Below the pieces are notes generated by a model. It saw only the letters and a list, made by a program, of their open reading frames with translations. It was not told the origin of the DNA and did no database searches. A stretch of DNA of 63,480 nucleotides, the filler included. It is 5 parts of 5 records of this genome, joined end to end, with 100 filler letters (N's around TTAATTAATTAA, not from the genome) between each part and the next. Parts side by side here need not be neighbours in the genome. Positions count along the whole stretch, not along the records: positions 1 to 24,815 come from SRR20825010_4259; 4 more parts are not named here. The stretch is one strand, 5' to 3'. Positions 1-13,957 of this stretch are shown piece by piece. Made by a program: the position numbers and the translations under genes. Position 1 is the first letter of the stretch. Each line of letters begins with the position of its first letter.

Positions 1-75
1 ACCGGGGCTAACGCCCAAACGGCTCACATGAAGAATCGAAAGTCGACTGAGTTGACAGCCCGAGATGCTTCGGAG

Positions 76-2307
76 CTACAAAAGGTTCAGGATGTCGTTG
101 GTGAAGACAAAGATCATCAGTGCCAGCAATGCCAAGACGCCAACAAAAGTCAGACGCATTTCCATCGCTTCGTCGACCTTCTTCCCGCGGATCAACTCGG
201 CGGTCAGGAAGACCATGTGGCCACCATCGAGCGCCGGAATCGGTAAGAAGTTGAGGATCGCCAGGTTCATGCTCAACATCGTCAAGAACATCAATTGAGC
301 GGACAAACCCTTCTCGGCTTGGTGGCTAGCCATTTGTGCGATCCGGATTGGACCACCAACAAACTTGGCTTTCACCTTTCCTCGAACAAGCATGCTGAGG
401 AAGCGTCCAACATCTGCCATACGGCGTTTGGCTTCGCTCACGCCCAAAGCAAGTGCCATCCCCAAAGAATCCGCTTTGCGAATGGATTCGACGGGAGTGA
501 AATTCAATCCGCGTTCGTACCAGAATCGATCGGATTGACGAACCGTCAATGTTTGCTCCACCACGGTGCCATTGGGCGGACGAATCGCGGTGGCAATGAT
601 CTTGGTCCCGTTGGGCAACAATTGGATTGTTTCCATTAAGTTGCCAAGCGGCTTCGTGGGGCCAATTTCCCAGCCGTCAGTTAGGGCTTCCATCGCGGTT
701 TCAGACAGCTCATCTTCGATCGATTCGCGATCCTTGGCGCTGGCGAACTGCACGCGGATTTCGCGGAGTTCGTCTCCGACCTGAATGGTTTCATTTCCGT
801 CCGCCGCGGATCCTTCGGTGCCAGAAATCACTTCCGATGTCACAGCGGTTGGCTCGTAGGCAAAACCGAGTGAATCGACTGACATCATCTCGCCGAACGC
901 TGAGACCGGCGTCATGGTTTGTTCGATACGCTGGGGTGTTAGCGTCAATTCAATCTCCTCGCGGGAGTCGCCTTCACCACGCTGCACGGTGATGTTCACC
1001 GGTTCGTCGTACTGAACATCCGCGAGCACCATCTGATAGGCGTCGACTTCCGTGTCATCTCCCACGGAAATGATTTGGTCGCCGACCTTCATCCCGGCCA
1101 ATTCGGCGGGACCGTTTTGCATCAACGCTTTGATCGGTCCAATTTTGAATTGGATTCCGAAGTCTTTCGCCTTTTGAGGCGGCAGGGTCAGCGAATGTTC
1201 GGATTCGTCGGTGCGTACCAATCGAATTTCAATTGGCTGTGACGGTGCGGTGTGAATGCGAGTCAACAGAGGCGTGATGGGCATGGTTGCTGATGAGTCC
1301 AGCGATTGCTCATCAAAGCCAACCACTTTGGCCCCCGCATCCTCTTCGGTCACCACATCGGCGGCGACTGAGTTTGGCATCGCAGGCAGTTCAGAAAACA
1401 GCGTGTCGCCGGTTGGACTTTGAATGCCGATCATCCGTCGATCGGGTTCGATCGGGCTGGCCTGCGTTACCAACTGGTATTCGCGAGTGTCGTCTCCGTA
1501 TTGCAATCGAACTGGAACAGCGGTCTCGGACGACTCGATGCCGGCCTCCATGATCTTCAATTGCATTTCGCTGAATGGCAATTGCGAATCATCTTCGAGA
1601 GAACCAACTGCAACGACCTTTCCACCCGGTTGCACACCGGCTTGCCAAGCGGGGCCTCCGGGAGTCACGCCACCGACAACTGCAGGCGTGTAGCCAACAC
1701 CGTTGAAGAAAGCGAAGGCGGCAAACAACACACCGGTGATCACGTTCATGACCACGCCGGCACTGATAATGATCATTCGTTGCCAAACGGGTTTGGCCGG
1801 ATAACTTCGTGGATCGAGTTTCTCCTCCGCGTCCGAGGCTTCTCCGCTTTGTCGGATGCGTTTGGCTTCCTCTTCCGCTTTTCGCGGGTCATCGTCCTGA
1901 CCCAACATCTTCACGTATCCGCCCAGTGGCAGAATGCCGATCCCGTATTCGGTTTCGCCGTAGGTGAACTTGCCGAGCGTTCGAGGGAACTTGATCGGGC
2001 CAATCGAGATTGGCACGTCGAATCCGACGTAGAACTTTTCGCATTTCACGCCAAATGTTTTGGCCGCGAGAAAGTGTCCGAGTTCGTGGACGAAGATGAC
2101 CAAGCCAATTCCGAGGGCGACTTGGGTCCACAGCCAAGTGGTTTGCAACCAAGCGATGACGCCGCCGGTGTCTTCGGTGGCCGCCAACAAGGAGGGCAAG
2201 AGGGACCAATCAACAGGCAACGACATGAATTCGACGGGGGTGAAAGAGAGTTGAACGAGGGATGCCAGCCCGGCAAATCCACGTTGAAGATATGGTTGGT
2301 CGGGCAA
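76..2307 (-). CDS. rseP: RseP-like site-2 intramembrane zinc metalloprotease (M50) with PDZ domains
   Basis: HELGH zinc motif, LGGYVKM, C-terminal NFLPIPALDGG, PDZ-like GPAxxAGxxxGD segments; follows dxr as in many bacteria. Start may be ATG 2226. Confidence 0.93.
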   Translation of the reverse strand: MPDQPYLQRGFAGLASLVQLSFTPVEFMSLPVDWSLLPSLLAATEDTGGVIAWLQTTWLWTQVALGIGLVIFVHELGHFLAAKTFGVKCEKFYVGFDVPISIGPIKFPRTLGKFTYGETEYGIGILPLGGYVKMLGQDDDPRKAEEEAKRIRQSGEASDAEEKLDPRSYPAKPVWQRMIIISAGVVMNVITGVLFAAFAFFNGVGYTPAVVGGVTPGGPAWQAGVQPGGKVVAVGSLEDDSQLPFSEMQLKIMEAGIESSETAVPVRLQYGDDTREYQLVTQASPIEPDRRMIGIQSPTGDTLFSELPAMPNSVAADVVTEEDAGAKVVGFDEQSLDSSATMPITPLLTRIHTAPSQPIEIRLVRTDESEHSLTLPPQKAKDFGIQFKIGPIKALMQNGPAELAGMKVGDQIISVGDDTEVDAYQMVLADVQYDEPVNITVQRGEGDSREEIELTLTPQRIEQTMTPVSAFGEMMSVDSLGFAYEPTAVTSEVISGTEGSAADGNETIQVGDELREIRVQFASAKDRESIEDELSETAMEALTDGWEIGPTKPLGNLMETIQLLPNGTKIIATAIRPPNGTVVEQTLTVRQSDRFWYERGLNFTPVESIRKADSLGMALALGVSEAKRRMADVGRFLSMLVRGKVKAKFVGGPIRIAQMASHQAEKGLSAQLMFLTMLSMNLAILNFLPIPALDGGHMVFLTAELIRGKKVDEAMEMRLTFVGVLALLALMIFVFTNDILNLL

Positions 2308-2345
2308 ACAGGTTCATCGAACCCGTCTTTCCGAAGGTGACGACA

Positions 2346-3815
<1,470 letters not shown>

Positions 3816-3921
3816 TCCGAATAAGTCACCCAGACGCGTCGCGAAGCCATATTTTCATGCCGCGCGGGAAGTGGTGCCTTGGGAAGTCGACGAGCAGAAG
3901 AAATAGTGGAACCGTGGCTGA

Positions 3922-6147
<2,226 letters not shown>

Positions 6148-6326
6148 TTCCGTGCGATTTTCGCTCTTTCATGAGTTGTTTGCGGCATCCGATGAAGGAC
6201 GCCCGATTGTGATTCCGGTCTTTCGAAAAAGATCGCGAATTTGTTAAAGCCCGATGCGGCAAGCGACGACATGCGTCCGCCTTGCCGTTTTTCATAAGCA
6301 GATGACACGCAATCGGGCGTTCCAAG

Positions 6327-7202
6327 ATGCGACTCAATTGGATGGCGAAGAAAACTATCGGGCGGACCTGTGCCGGCCTTTCGGCGGTCACCGCGCTCGG
6401 TCTGTTGACCGGTTGCCAGCAAACCAACGGGACCAACGGTGCCCCGATCAGCATGCTTCAGCCCGGCCAAGCTCCGGTTCAAAACCCGACGCTGCCAACG
6501 CTTGGCCCGTTCGGTGCCTCCGCCCGCGTTCCACCACCCGCGACGGGGTCGTATGGCCAAGTCAGCGGAACACCCGCGGCAGCAGCTAACTACGCACCCT
6601 CGGGAACCTACAACACAACTCCCGGCAGCGTGATTCCGATGAGTCACAACTCCAACGACTCGATTGGGTCCGGTATCGCGCAGGCGGGCGGAACGATGCC
6701 GGGCTCGATGACACCCGCCGCTCAAAACGCGAGCCAACAATGGGTGGAAACCAACGCGGTTCAATCGAATCCTATGATGCCAACGCCATCGGATGCTTCC
6801 AGTGGTGTTCGCAGCGGTGGCATGCCGGTGATCGACCTGACCGGAGCTCCTCCGCCTCCGGGCTATGTCCCGCAGGCCGCGAACGCATACCCGAACTCGT
6901 ATCCGTCAACGAACATGATGGGAGCGAACAACGTCGCACCGCAAATGAATGTTGGTTCGATTTCGTTGCCCGGGCAGTTACCCGTCAGTCAATTGATGCC
7001 CTCGGCTCCGCCCGCTGTTCAAGCGTTGCAGTGGAACACCGCCTCGGCGCCCGTCCAATCGCCTCAGGACTCGTTTCAAGGCAACGTCGCAGTTCAGAGC
7101 AATGGCGGGATGAATTCGGCCACGTCAGTTCAAGCAGCCGCGAATCAGCCGAGTTTTTCAACGGCTGATCGTCCGGTTCAATGGCGAGCACCAAACCGCT
7201 GA
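6327..7202 (+). CDS. Putative Pro/Gln-rich lipoprotein, function unknown
   Basis: Signal peptide ending in lipobox LLTGC; low-complexity mature region; fills the space between ftsH and trpA. Confidence 0.7.
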   Translation: MRLNWMAKKTIGRTCAGLSAVTALGLLTGCQQTNGTNGAPISMLQPGQAPVQNPTLPTLGPFGASARVPPPATGSYGQVSGTPAAAANYAPSGTYNTTPGSVIPMSHNSNDSIGSGIAQAGGTMPGSMTPAAQNASQQWVETNAVQSNPMMPTPSDASSGVRSGGMPVIDLTGAPPPPGYVPQAANAYPNSYPSTNMMGANNVAPQMNVGSISLPGQLPVSQLMPSAPPAVQALQWNTASAPVQSPQDSFQGNVAVQSNGGMNSATSVQAAANQPSFSTADRPVQWRAPNR

Positions 7203-7288
7203 AGCAGGTTTCGTTTGGATCCGGCTTGAACGCTTCCCGACCACTCGTCGCAAATCCGCATTCTTCGCGGATGGTGAAATCGCGAGTG

Positions 7289-8125
7289 TTATGCCGCGTC
7301 GATTGCCTGTCGCAATGAACGGCAGAAATCACCGGCCTCTTCCGCGGCCGTCTTGACCGGATCGGCTCCGGAGCTCTTCGCCTTTGCGACCGCGTCGGCG
7401 ACACGCCGGACGATGGCTGAGCCGACGATCAGGCCATCAGAAACAGGTGCGAGTTGTGCTGCCGTTTCTGGACCGCTGATTCCAAAACCGATGCAGATTG
7501 GCAACTCAGTTTGCTCACGCAGCCATCCGACGTTGTCCACCAAGTTGGTCGGCAAGGCGGTTCGCTCACCGGTGATCCCGGTCACGGAAACGTAGTACAG
7601 AAATCCGCTGGACAATTCCGCGATGCGGCATTGGCGGTCTCGGGTTGTGGTCGGTGTAACCAGTTGGATCAGATCAAATCCCTTCTCACGGCAGATTTTG
7701 CTCAGATCCTCTGCTTCTTCGACCAACAAATCAGGCACGATCGCGCCGCAGTACCCGGCTTGCATTGCCTGGTCGACGTACTTGGCCATGCCAATTCGGT
7801 AGATGATCGAGTAGCTGACCATCGTGACACGCGGCATCGCTTCGACTTTGGGATTTTCGGTCAGACGTTTACCCAGATCCCAAACGTGTTGAAGTTTGAA
7901 TCCTGCGTCGAGTGCTCGTTGATAAGACGCTTGGATGACGGGACCATCCGCAATCGGGTCGCTGTAGGGGACACCGACTTCGCATAATTCTGCACCGGCC
8001 TGGCGTGCTGCCGCGATCACCGCTTCCGTCGTATCGATGTTTGGGTCGCCAGTCGTCAGGAACGGCATCAAGGCTTTGCGGTTTTGACCACGAAGGGATT
8101 CAAACAGGCTTTGCAGAGGCGTCAT
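7289..8125 (-). CDS. trpA: Tryptophan synthase alpha chain
   Basis: EVGVPYSDPIADGPVIQ, YYVSVTGITG, GFGIS, DGLIVGSAIV motifs. ORF is open to 8170; ATG 8125 is the likely start. Confidence 0.96.
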   Translation of the reverse strand: MTPLQSLFESLRGQNRKALMPFLTTGDPNIDTTEAVIAAARQAGAELCEVGVPYSDPIADGPVIQASYQRALDAGFKLQHVWDLGKRLTENPKVEAMPRVTMVSYSIIYRIGMAKYVDQAMQAGYCGAIVPDLLVEEAEDLSKICREKGFDLIQLVTPTTTRDRQCRIAELSSGFLYYVSVTGITGERTALPTNLVDNVGWLREQTELPICIGFGISGPETAAQLAPVSDGLIVGSAIVRRVADAVAKAKSSGADPVKTAAEEAGDFCRSLRQAIDAA

Positions 8126-8188
8126 GGAGGGCGGATCGGCGTCAGGATGGGCGGACGGAACAGGTCTCAACGAATACAGCCGCCAAGC

Positions 8189-8677
8189 CTAGATTCCCGC
8201 GTGCGGATCGGCAACCAAGCCGCCGCCAAAGACCGGACGAGTCGGCACCGGATGAAAACGCGGCCAAGGCACCTCGGGTGGCTTTTCCGGTTCAGCATGA
8301 ACGCCACCGGTGACCGGATCCAGGTCCAATGGCATGACTCCGTCAATCACGCCTGAACCAACCTGACCAACATCTCCGTGATGCATTGGGCCGGTGCTCG
8401 CGCACATGACCCCGTGTCCGTCCGTGGGGACGATGACCGCTCCATCCTCGATCAGGCTTTGCGTGTGCTGAGCGGCCGTGTGGGGACGCCCGCGACGCCA
8501 ATCACCAAGCAACCCACCATGGTCGTCGGGATCGTGCATTCGTTTGCTGGGAACGCCCAATGCCACGCAACCGCTCGTGCTGGCGAGCACGCAAATCAAC
8601 AAGCACCGCGTCAACGAGCGAGCGATCTGGACTTGTCCAATCGGAGCAATGCGGTCGTGTGGATCGGAATGTGGCAT
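8189..8677 (-). CDS. Hypothetical protein, possible lipoprotein
   Basis: Hydrophobic stretch ending TSGC; C-terminal PWPRFHPVPTRPVF; same strand as its neighbours. ORF open to 8788. Confidence 0.6.
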   Translation of the reverse strand: MPHSDPHDRIAPIGQVQIARSLTRCLLICVLASTSGCVALGVPSKRMHDPDDHGGLLGDWRRGRPHTAAQHTQSLIEDGAVIVPTDGHGVMCASTGPMHHGDVGQVGSGVIDGVMPLDLDPVTGGVHAEPEKPPEVPWPRFHPVPTRPVFGGGLVADPHAGI

Positions 8678-8794
8678 AGCCAGTCCATCGACCGTTCCAG
8701 GTAATTTCTTTAGAAAAATTTGCCTGATCGGAAAAGTCAGCCAATTCACTCTGACGGGGCAGACTGACGCAGTCGCGCCGGGAGGCAATTGACG

Positions 8795-10108
8795 CTAGCG
8801 AACGCCCACCGCGATCAAGTACTCCTGACGCTGAGCACCTTTGCCCACGCCCGTACGAATGAGCAGGCGATCATCGACCGGAACAGGTGTCGCGAAAATA
8901 GAATCCCCCGTTTTGTTCTCGGCTACTAAATCAAAGCGGTCCGGGCTGGCTTTGAAGACGAAGATCTTTCCTTCTTCCGACCCAACGTAAATTCGATTGT
9001 TCACCAAGACGGGTGATGCGCTGATTCCACCACCAAACAATCGTGAACGCCACATTTGTTTTCCGTCCATCGTCCGCCAGCAGTAGGCGACGCCCGTGTC
9101 GGCCACGGCGAAGACGTAGTTGGGAATGGTCAACAGCGACTGTTCATAGCACTTCACATTGTTTTCCCACTGCACGTTGTTGGAACTGCCGTCACCGAGA
9201 ATGCACCAGGTGCCAGAGCCAGGGTTACCGCCGCTGGTCAGCACTCGACGATCGTCCCAAACCACCGTGCCGCAGATCGCGGCGGTGGCCGTGTCGACAC
9301 GCCACAACTCTTTGCCCGTGGCGGGATCATAGGCGTTGATCATGTCGGCACCAGACATCAGCACCATGTGTTGACCGCCGATTGTGGTCGCAATCGGAGT
9401 CGCAAAATTTAGGTTGGAGGGGCGTTCGACTCGCCAAGCGATCCGACCCGTTCGCGTATCGAGAGCAGCAAGGCAGCTGTCGGCACCGTCATATTCCGCT
9501 GCGACGATCAACAAATCGTCCACCAGGATGGGGCTGGCCCCGTAGCCAAACTGAAAACGCGAGGGACGAAAGTCAGCAACTTTCTTCTGCCAGTTTCGTT
9601 TGCCATCCAGGCTGAGCGATGTCACCACGATCGCGTCGTCGGTGTGAAACGACACGTAGACGTTCTGTCCATCCGAGGCTGCGCTCGGCGAGGCATAGGA
9701 ATTGTTCGAGTGAATCCGGGCCGGCAACGTTCCGCGATGAATCATCCAATTGTCGACCATTCGTCCATCCGATCGATTGCATTTGATGAGCCGTTGCGTC
9801 TCGTCCTCTTCCACCGCCGTGGTAAGGAAGATGTGCTCGCCTACAACGATCGGCGTCGAATGCCCACGACCCGGAATCGCTGTTTTCCAAACAACGTTTT
9901 CGCCGCGTTCCAAATCCCATCGAACGGGAGCGTCCGCATCTGCCGCGGCGTGATTGTTACCTTCTGGACCTCGCCATTGTTTCCACTCCTCTGCGCGAGA
10001 CTGGGAAGTGAACGACAATCCTAAGACTGCCACGGTCAATCCGGTGAATGTGGCGTAGGCGAGGTTCCAAGTGCGGTTTGCGCCCAAAGTTTCAGTGGTG
10101 CGATTCAT
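8795..10108 (-). CDS. PQQ-binding-like beta-propeller repeat protein (BamB-like, planctomycete-expanded family)
   Basis: Signal peptide then WxQWRGP, WKTAIPGRGHSTPIV, repeated ASP/ALDxxTGxxxW blades. ORF open to 10228. Confidence 0.88.
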   Translation of the reverse strand: MNRTTETLGANRTWNLAYATFTGLTVAVLGLSFTSQSRAEEWKQWRGPEGNNHAAADADAPVRWDLERGENVVWKTAIPGRGHSTPIVVGEHIFLTTAVEEDETQRLIKCNRSDGRMVDNWMIHRGTLPARIHSNNSYASPSAASDGQNVYVSFHTDDAIVVTSLSLDGKRNWQKKVADFRPSRFQFGYGASPILVDDLLIVAAEYDGADSCLAALDTRTGRIAWRVERPSNLNFATPIATTIGGQHMVLMSGADMINAYDPATGKELWRVDTATAAICGTVVWDDRRVLTSGGNPGSGTWCILGDGSSNNVQWENNVKCYEQSLLTIPNYVFAVADTGVAYCWRTMDGKQMWRSRLFGGGISASPVLVNNRIYVGSEEGKIFVFKASPDRFDLVAENKTGDSIFATPVPVDDRLLIRTGVGKGAQRQEYLIAVGVR

Positions 10109-10435
10109 GTTCCAAATCCATTGTCGGAAAAGAGTGTGTGAAGAGGAGAAGCATGCGAAGCGGTGGTTGCGAATGACTGGCAGCGATTGAGATGCCGCCT
10201 CCGGACCTTGAGACAATCGCATCGTCATGATTGAGCCGACCCGAAATGGATGTCATCAGACATCGACGAGGTGGTCGTTTCGGTTCGCAAAGCTTTGCGT
10301 GTTGCTGAGAGTAGGCTCCTCATGATTGGCAGACGCCGTTGTCTGTCAATCAGTGGTGCCCCATAACGACACGAGGTTGATGAGCACATTGCTATCAACC
10401 TCGCGTTGGGTTTCTTTTCTATCGTCGGGGTTCGC

Positions 10436-12421
10436 TCAGTTCACCGGCAAACCACCGCCCACTGGCAAACCGGCGTCACCTGCTGCTCCCGCAGGTGCAC
10501 CATTTGGAAGACCGCCACCGGCTGGCTGTTCGACGGGTAGTCCACCCCCGCCCATGCCTGGCAATCCGCCGCCGAGGATACCATCGAAATTGTCGCCTTC
10601 TTCATCCTCATTTGTTAGCTCGACACCCGCCAATTTCGCCAGGGAGACGCGTTGCTCTTCGAGGGAGTCCAACCACTTCTTTTTGTCGTCCAGTTGATCG
10701 TCATTGATGGCTTCTGCAATCGGGCGAATGTCATCGACCCATGACGTCAAGACTTTTTTGTCTTCGTCCGAAGCAGCCGCGATCAAACCGCGAGGGTTCT
10801 TCGGGATCTCAGCTTCGGGTGATCCAACGGCGCCTTGCATGATTTGTTGCAGGACGTACGTGATTCGTCGGCGGGAAAGAGAGACTTCGGGTGGCTGGGG
10901 TTTCGCGGCCGGCATGCCGCCCATCATTCCCATGCCCATTCCCATTCCCATGCCTCCTTCCATCATCATGTCGGAGCCCATTCCCATGTCCATGTCCATT
11001 CCCCCTTCCATCATCGAATCCATCCCCATTCCCATATCCATGTCCATCCCCATACCCATTCCACCGCCCATCATGCTCCCGCCGGCGCGGCTTTTGTCCT
11101 TCTTCTTTTTCTTCTCTTCTTTGACACCCAGGAATGTTTCAGGATTGGGCGGCTGCTTCACTGTCATCGTGGTATTCCGATCGCGTGCCTGCAATCGTTT
11201 CAGTTCTGACTCCACGGTATCGAAAGCTCGTCGCGACCAGCTTTTTAAAACGCCGTCTGTGTCGGCGACTTGTCCTTTGAGTTGGGTCGTCATGTCGCCC
11301 AACTGAGCGGCCGAATACAGCGCGATCAGGTCGGGCTTTTCTTCGTCGGTGCTGATCGAAATCAATTGCTTGCCAAGCGATGTGTCATCAGGTGTGCCGA
11401 TGTAATGCAGAATGTCGACCGCCGATCGCTGCAAGTAAGCATGTGCTTTAGGGTCACGACCTTCGGGGGCCGGTGCATCGAGCAAATCCGTCATCAGCTG
11501 CGTCAGCTTGGCTTTCGGTGCATCCTTCAGCGAAGAGAATCCGTACATCGCAGTTCGATGCAAAGCTTGCAAAGCGGCCGCACGAACGCCGTCGACTTCC
11601 ACTTCGTTTTCGTACAGTCCGACAAGCGTGTCAAACAGAGGTGCAAAACCCGCGGCCAATGGCACTGGCGGACGACCCGTCGCTCCATCGTAAGGATTGC
11701 TATCAAGTCGTCCCAAGACCAAGATCGCATTTATACGAGCGGCAGGAATGTAGTTGCCTGTCGCAACCTTGTTCATTCCGTTGTAAATTCTCTTCAGCAA
11801 TTCAGTCTTGCCAGGATTGTTGATGCGTTGAGCGTTGGTGAGCGACTTCTCAAGCGAAGCCAGCATCGGACCCATTTTGTTCAGGTTTTCTTTGCGGACG
11901 ATCTGGTAAGGAACGACGTGCTCCACATAAATCGTCGCGCCCCTCAGGACGTCATCCGTCAGTTGCTCCTTCTTTCGCGTTGACGACAAAGTTTTGGTCG
12001 CACGCTCGTAGCCAGCAATTTGTTCGGGACTCAGCTGAGCCGCCGGCGAGTCGATCACCTCGTATTTCTGGCCCGATGCGATTCCGCTGAACAGCCAACA
12101 CAGCACCATGACCACGCACAGAATCCAAATTCGTCTGGCGCGTTGATGGTTAAAAACCTGACCTTTTGCATCTGGAACCGAGTGCGCTGAATTCAAATGC
12201 GCAGCGGCAGCGATGGGGCCAGTTGAATTGGATGGGGACGAGGTCGTTGTGACGTGTCGCAACGGAACACCTTCGGTGAGAAGAGCACGGCCGAAAAGGA
12301 TCGAAACACGAATGTTTCGCGGATTCTTATTATTCACCGACTCACCGTCTCCCGTCAACGAAAATCCCGAATGTGCGAGCATTTGAGCGTTTCGCCTGGC
12401 TTCTCGCCGTTCGCCGGACAC
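10436..12421 (-). CDS. Hypothetical secreted planctomycete protein with Gly/Met-rich tract
   Basis: 661-aa ORF. Signal-like segment RRIWILCVVMVLCWLFSGIASG suggests the true start is well downstream of 12421; helical body and GM repeat. Confidence 0.75.
   Translation of the reverse strand: MSGERREARRNAQMLAHSGFSLTGDGESVNNKNPRNIRVSILFGRALLTEGVPLRHVTTTSSPSNSTGPIAAAAHLNSAHSVPDAKGQVFNHQRARRIWILCVVMVLCWLFSGIASGQKYEVIDSPAAQLSPEQIAGYERATKTLSSTRKKEQLTDDVLRGATIYVEHVVPYQIVRKENLNKMGPMLASLEKSLTNAQRINNPGKTELLKRIYNGMNKVATGNYIPAARINAILVLGRLDSNPYDGATGRPPVPLAAGFAPLFDTLVGLYENEVEVDGVRAAALQALHRTAMYGFSSLKDAPKAKLTQLMTDLLDAPAPEGRDPKAHAYLQRSAVDILHYIGTPDDTSLGKQLISISTDEEKPDLIALYSAAQLGDMTTQLKGQVADTDGVLKSWSRRAFDTVESELKRLQARDRNTTMTVKQPPNPETFLGVKEEKKKKKDKSRAGGSMMGGGMGMGMDMDMGMGMDSMMEGGMDMDMGMGSDMMMEGGMGMGMGMGMMGGMPAAKPQPPEVSLSRRRITYVLQQIMQGAVGSPEAEIPKNPRGLIAAASDEDKKVLTSWVDDIRPIAEAINDDQLDDKKKWLDSLEEQRVSLAKLAGVELTNEDEEGDNFDGILGGGLPGMGGGGLPVEQPAGGGLPNGAPAGAAGDAGLPVGGGLPVN
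10913..11084 (-). repeat. Low-complexity (Gly-Met/Asp-Met)n coding repeat
   Basis: Runs of CCCAT(T/G/A) hexamers on + strand encoding GMGMGMDMDMGMGM. Confidence 0.85.
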
Positions 12422-12439
12422 TTTCTTCCGCGAGCCACG

Positions 12440-12478
12440 AAAAAAGGCGAGGCCGGCTCCGAAGAACCGACCCCGCCT
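12440..12478 (-). terminator. Strong intrinsic terminator
   Basis: Minus strand AGGCGGGGUCGGUUC-UUCG-GAGCCGGCCUCGCCU then U run: 15-bp stem with G-U pairs and a C(UUCG)G tetraloop. Confidence 0.85.
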
Positions 12479-12537
12479 CGCACGGGGGGACGCTTAATAT
12501 TTGGGTAAGTCATGGTGCAGAGTGCGTCCCTCCGACA
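12440..12537 (-). ncRNA. Candidate ~95-nt small RNA or attenuator leader
   Basis: Two tandem hairpins ending in the terminator; TTCGAA-N17-TATGGT promoter-like sequence upstream; no minus-strand CDS upstream. Confidence 0.35.
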
Positions 12538-12869
12538 CAAACAACCATAGTCCCGTTCCTGCGAATTTCGAACGATTCGGTCTCGGAATCCGGCGTTCTG
12601 GAGCAGTCCATCGTTGCACGAGATGGTTTGTGAGGGTGGGAACGATTGTGACGTTTGGAGTCCCTGGCAATTCCGATTGATCGGAGTGACCCGCCGCAAA
12701 ACTTTCCCAGGCTGAACCGGATCGATTGGAGTGGCGGTCAAAATTTGCCGATTGTTCCGGTTGGAGGGGGGCCTCCGTCATGGATCATCGTTTCGCCCAC
12801 GACACCGTCGTTCAGGCCGCGATCCATGTCCATTTCAATCCTTTGGGAACGGAAGTGACGGAAGTAGCA

Positions 12870-13952
12870 ATGCAGAGCAACACCAACCGTTGGGTCGGCC
12901 ATTTCGCACTGCGAACTGTGGAGCCGGTGGAAAATCAGGAGCCGGTGGCGCGACGTTGGCGATCCGCCTTCGTCGCAGGAGTCGCAGCTTTGGTAAGTGT
13001 GTGCGGTGGAGACGCCAACGCACAACGGCCGGTCGTTCCCGGGACGGGCATTGAGCTCGTTGGCGTGGCCGATGACTTCGAAGACGAATCTTGGCGATAT
13101 GTGCCGAACAATCCAAAGAGCACGGAAGACATTGATGAAAATCAACGTGCTCCGATGGGGAAAAGCACCAATGGCCGTTGGTACGAAGGCATCAAACGCG
13201 GCCACCCGGACGTGGTTGAGCGAGTCGCCACTCCTGCGGGCGGATTGCCCGGCAGCAAAGGCGCCCTGCTGATGCGGAGCAAGTTCACTGGCATCCCTGG
13301 GAATGCCAGCGGCACGATGCACCAAGATGACTTCATTGCCAACGTTCAGTATCGACTCAAGCGTCGCATCGATGTTTCTGAGGTGCCCAGCGTCACAACT
13401 CGAGTGTTCTTGCCGCCAGTGGCTGAGTGGGAAAAACGCAGCGGACCACACTTTGGTTTCCGTTTGGCTCTCGAAACGACGGCAATGATCGAGCAAGAGA
13501 CCGGCTTCTTCAAACTCAAACGCAAAGAGATGGGCAACGAAATTTACTGGCCCGGAATGTTCATCGAGTTTGAGAGCAAGGCAGATAGCAGAAGTCGTAG
13601 CGAGGACTACGCTTACCTGCGAGTTCGTAGCAACCAACGAGGAGCTGACTTCCGCGGACCACAGATCACGACGACCGGTTGGTGGACGATGGGAATCAGC
13701 GTCACGCCTGATGGCATGGTGCACTACTACGCATCGCCAGGTGTGGAGGATCTGACGGAAGAAGACTACATCACCAGTCAATTCCCGTACGGGTACGAAG
13801 CCGAACGCATGCGGACGTTCTTCTACAACATCTGCAGTGCGGATGATGGACGTCGATGGAGCACTTCGTTCATCGTCGATGATCCAAAGGTGTTCTTGGT
13901 TCGACCCAAGGGCAAACAAATGGCAGGCCGTACCAGCAACTCACGTCGCTGA
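12870..13952 (+). CDS. Hypothetical secreted protein
   Basis: Long ORF (open from 12726) with signal peptide ending ANA-Q; globular, beta-rich-looking mature sequence. Confidence 0.75.
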   Translation: MQSNTNRWVGHFALRTVEPVENQEPVARRWRSAFVAGVAALVSVCGGDANAQRPVVPGTGIELVGVADDFEDESWRYVPNNPKSTEDIDENQRAPMGKSTNGRWYEGIKRGHPDVVERVATPAGGLPGSKGALLMRSKFTGIPGNASGTMHQDDFIANVQYRLKRRIDVSEVPSVTTRVFLPPVAEWEKRSGPHFGFRLALETTAMIEQETGFFKLKRKEMGNEIYWPGMFIEFESKADSRSRSEDYAYLRVRSNQRGADFRGPQITTTGWWTMGISVTPDGMVHYYASPGVEDLTEEDYITSQFPYGYEAERMRTFFYNICSADDGRRWSTSFIVDDPKVFLVRPKGKQMAGRTSNSRR

Positions 13953-13957
13953 GTCGT

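Noticed and set aside
1420-2340. 306-aa + strand ORF
   Set aside because: Antisense shadow of rseP, typical of high-GC coding DNA; no motifs.
12738-13919. 393-aa - strand ORF
   Set aside because: Antisense shadow of the + strand secreted protein, which has a signal peptide and more normal composition.
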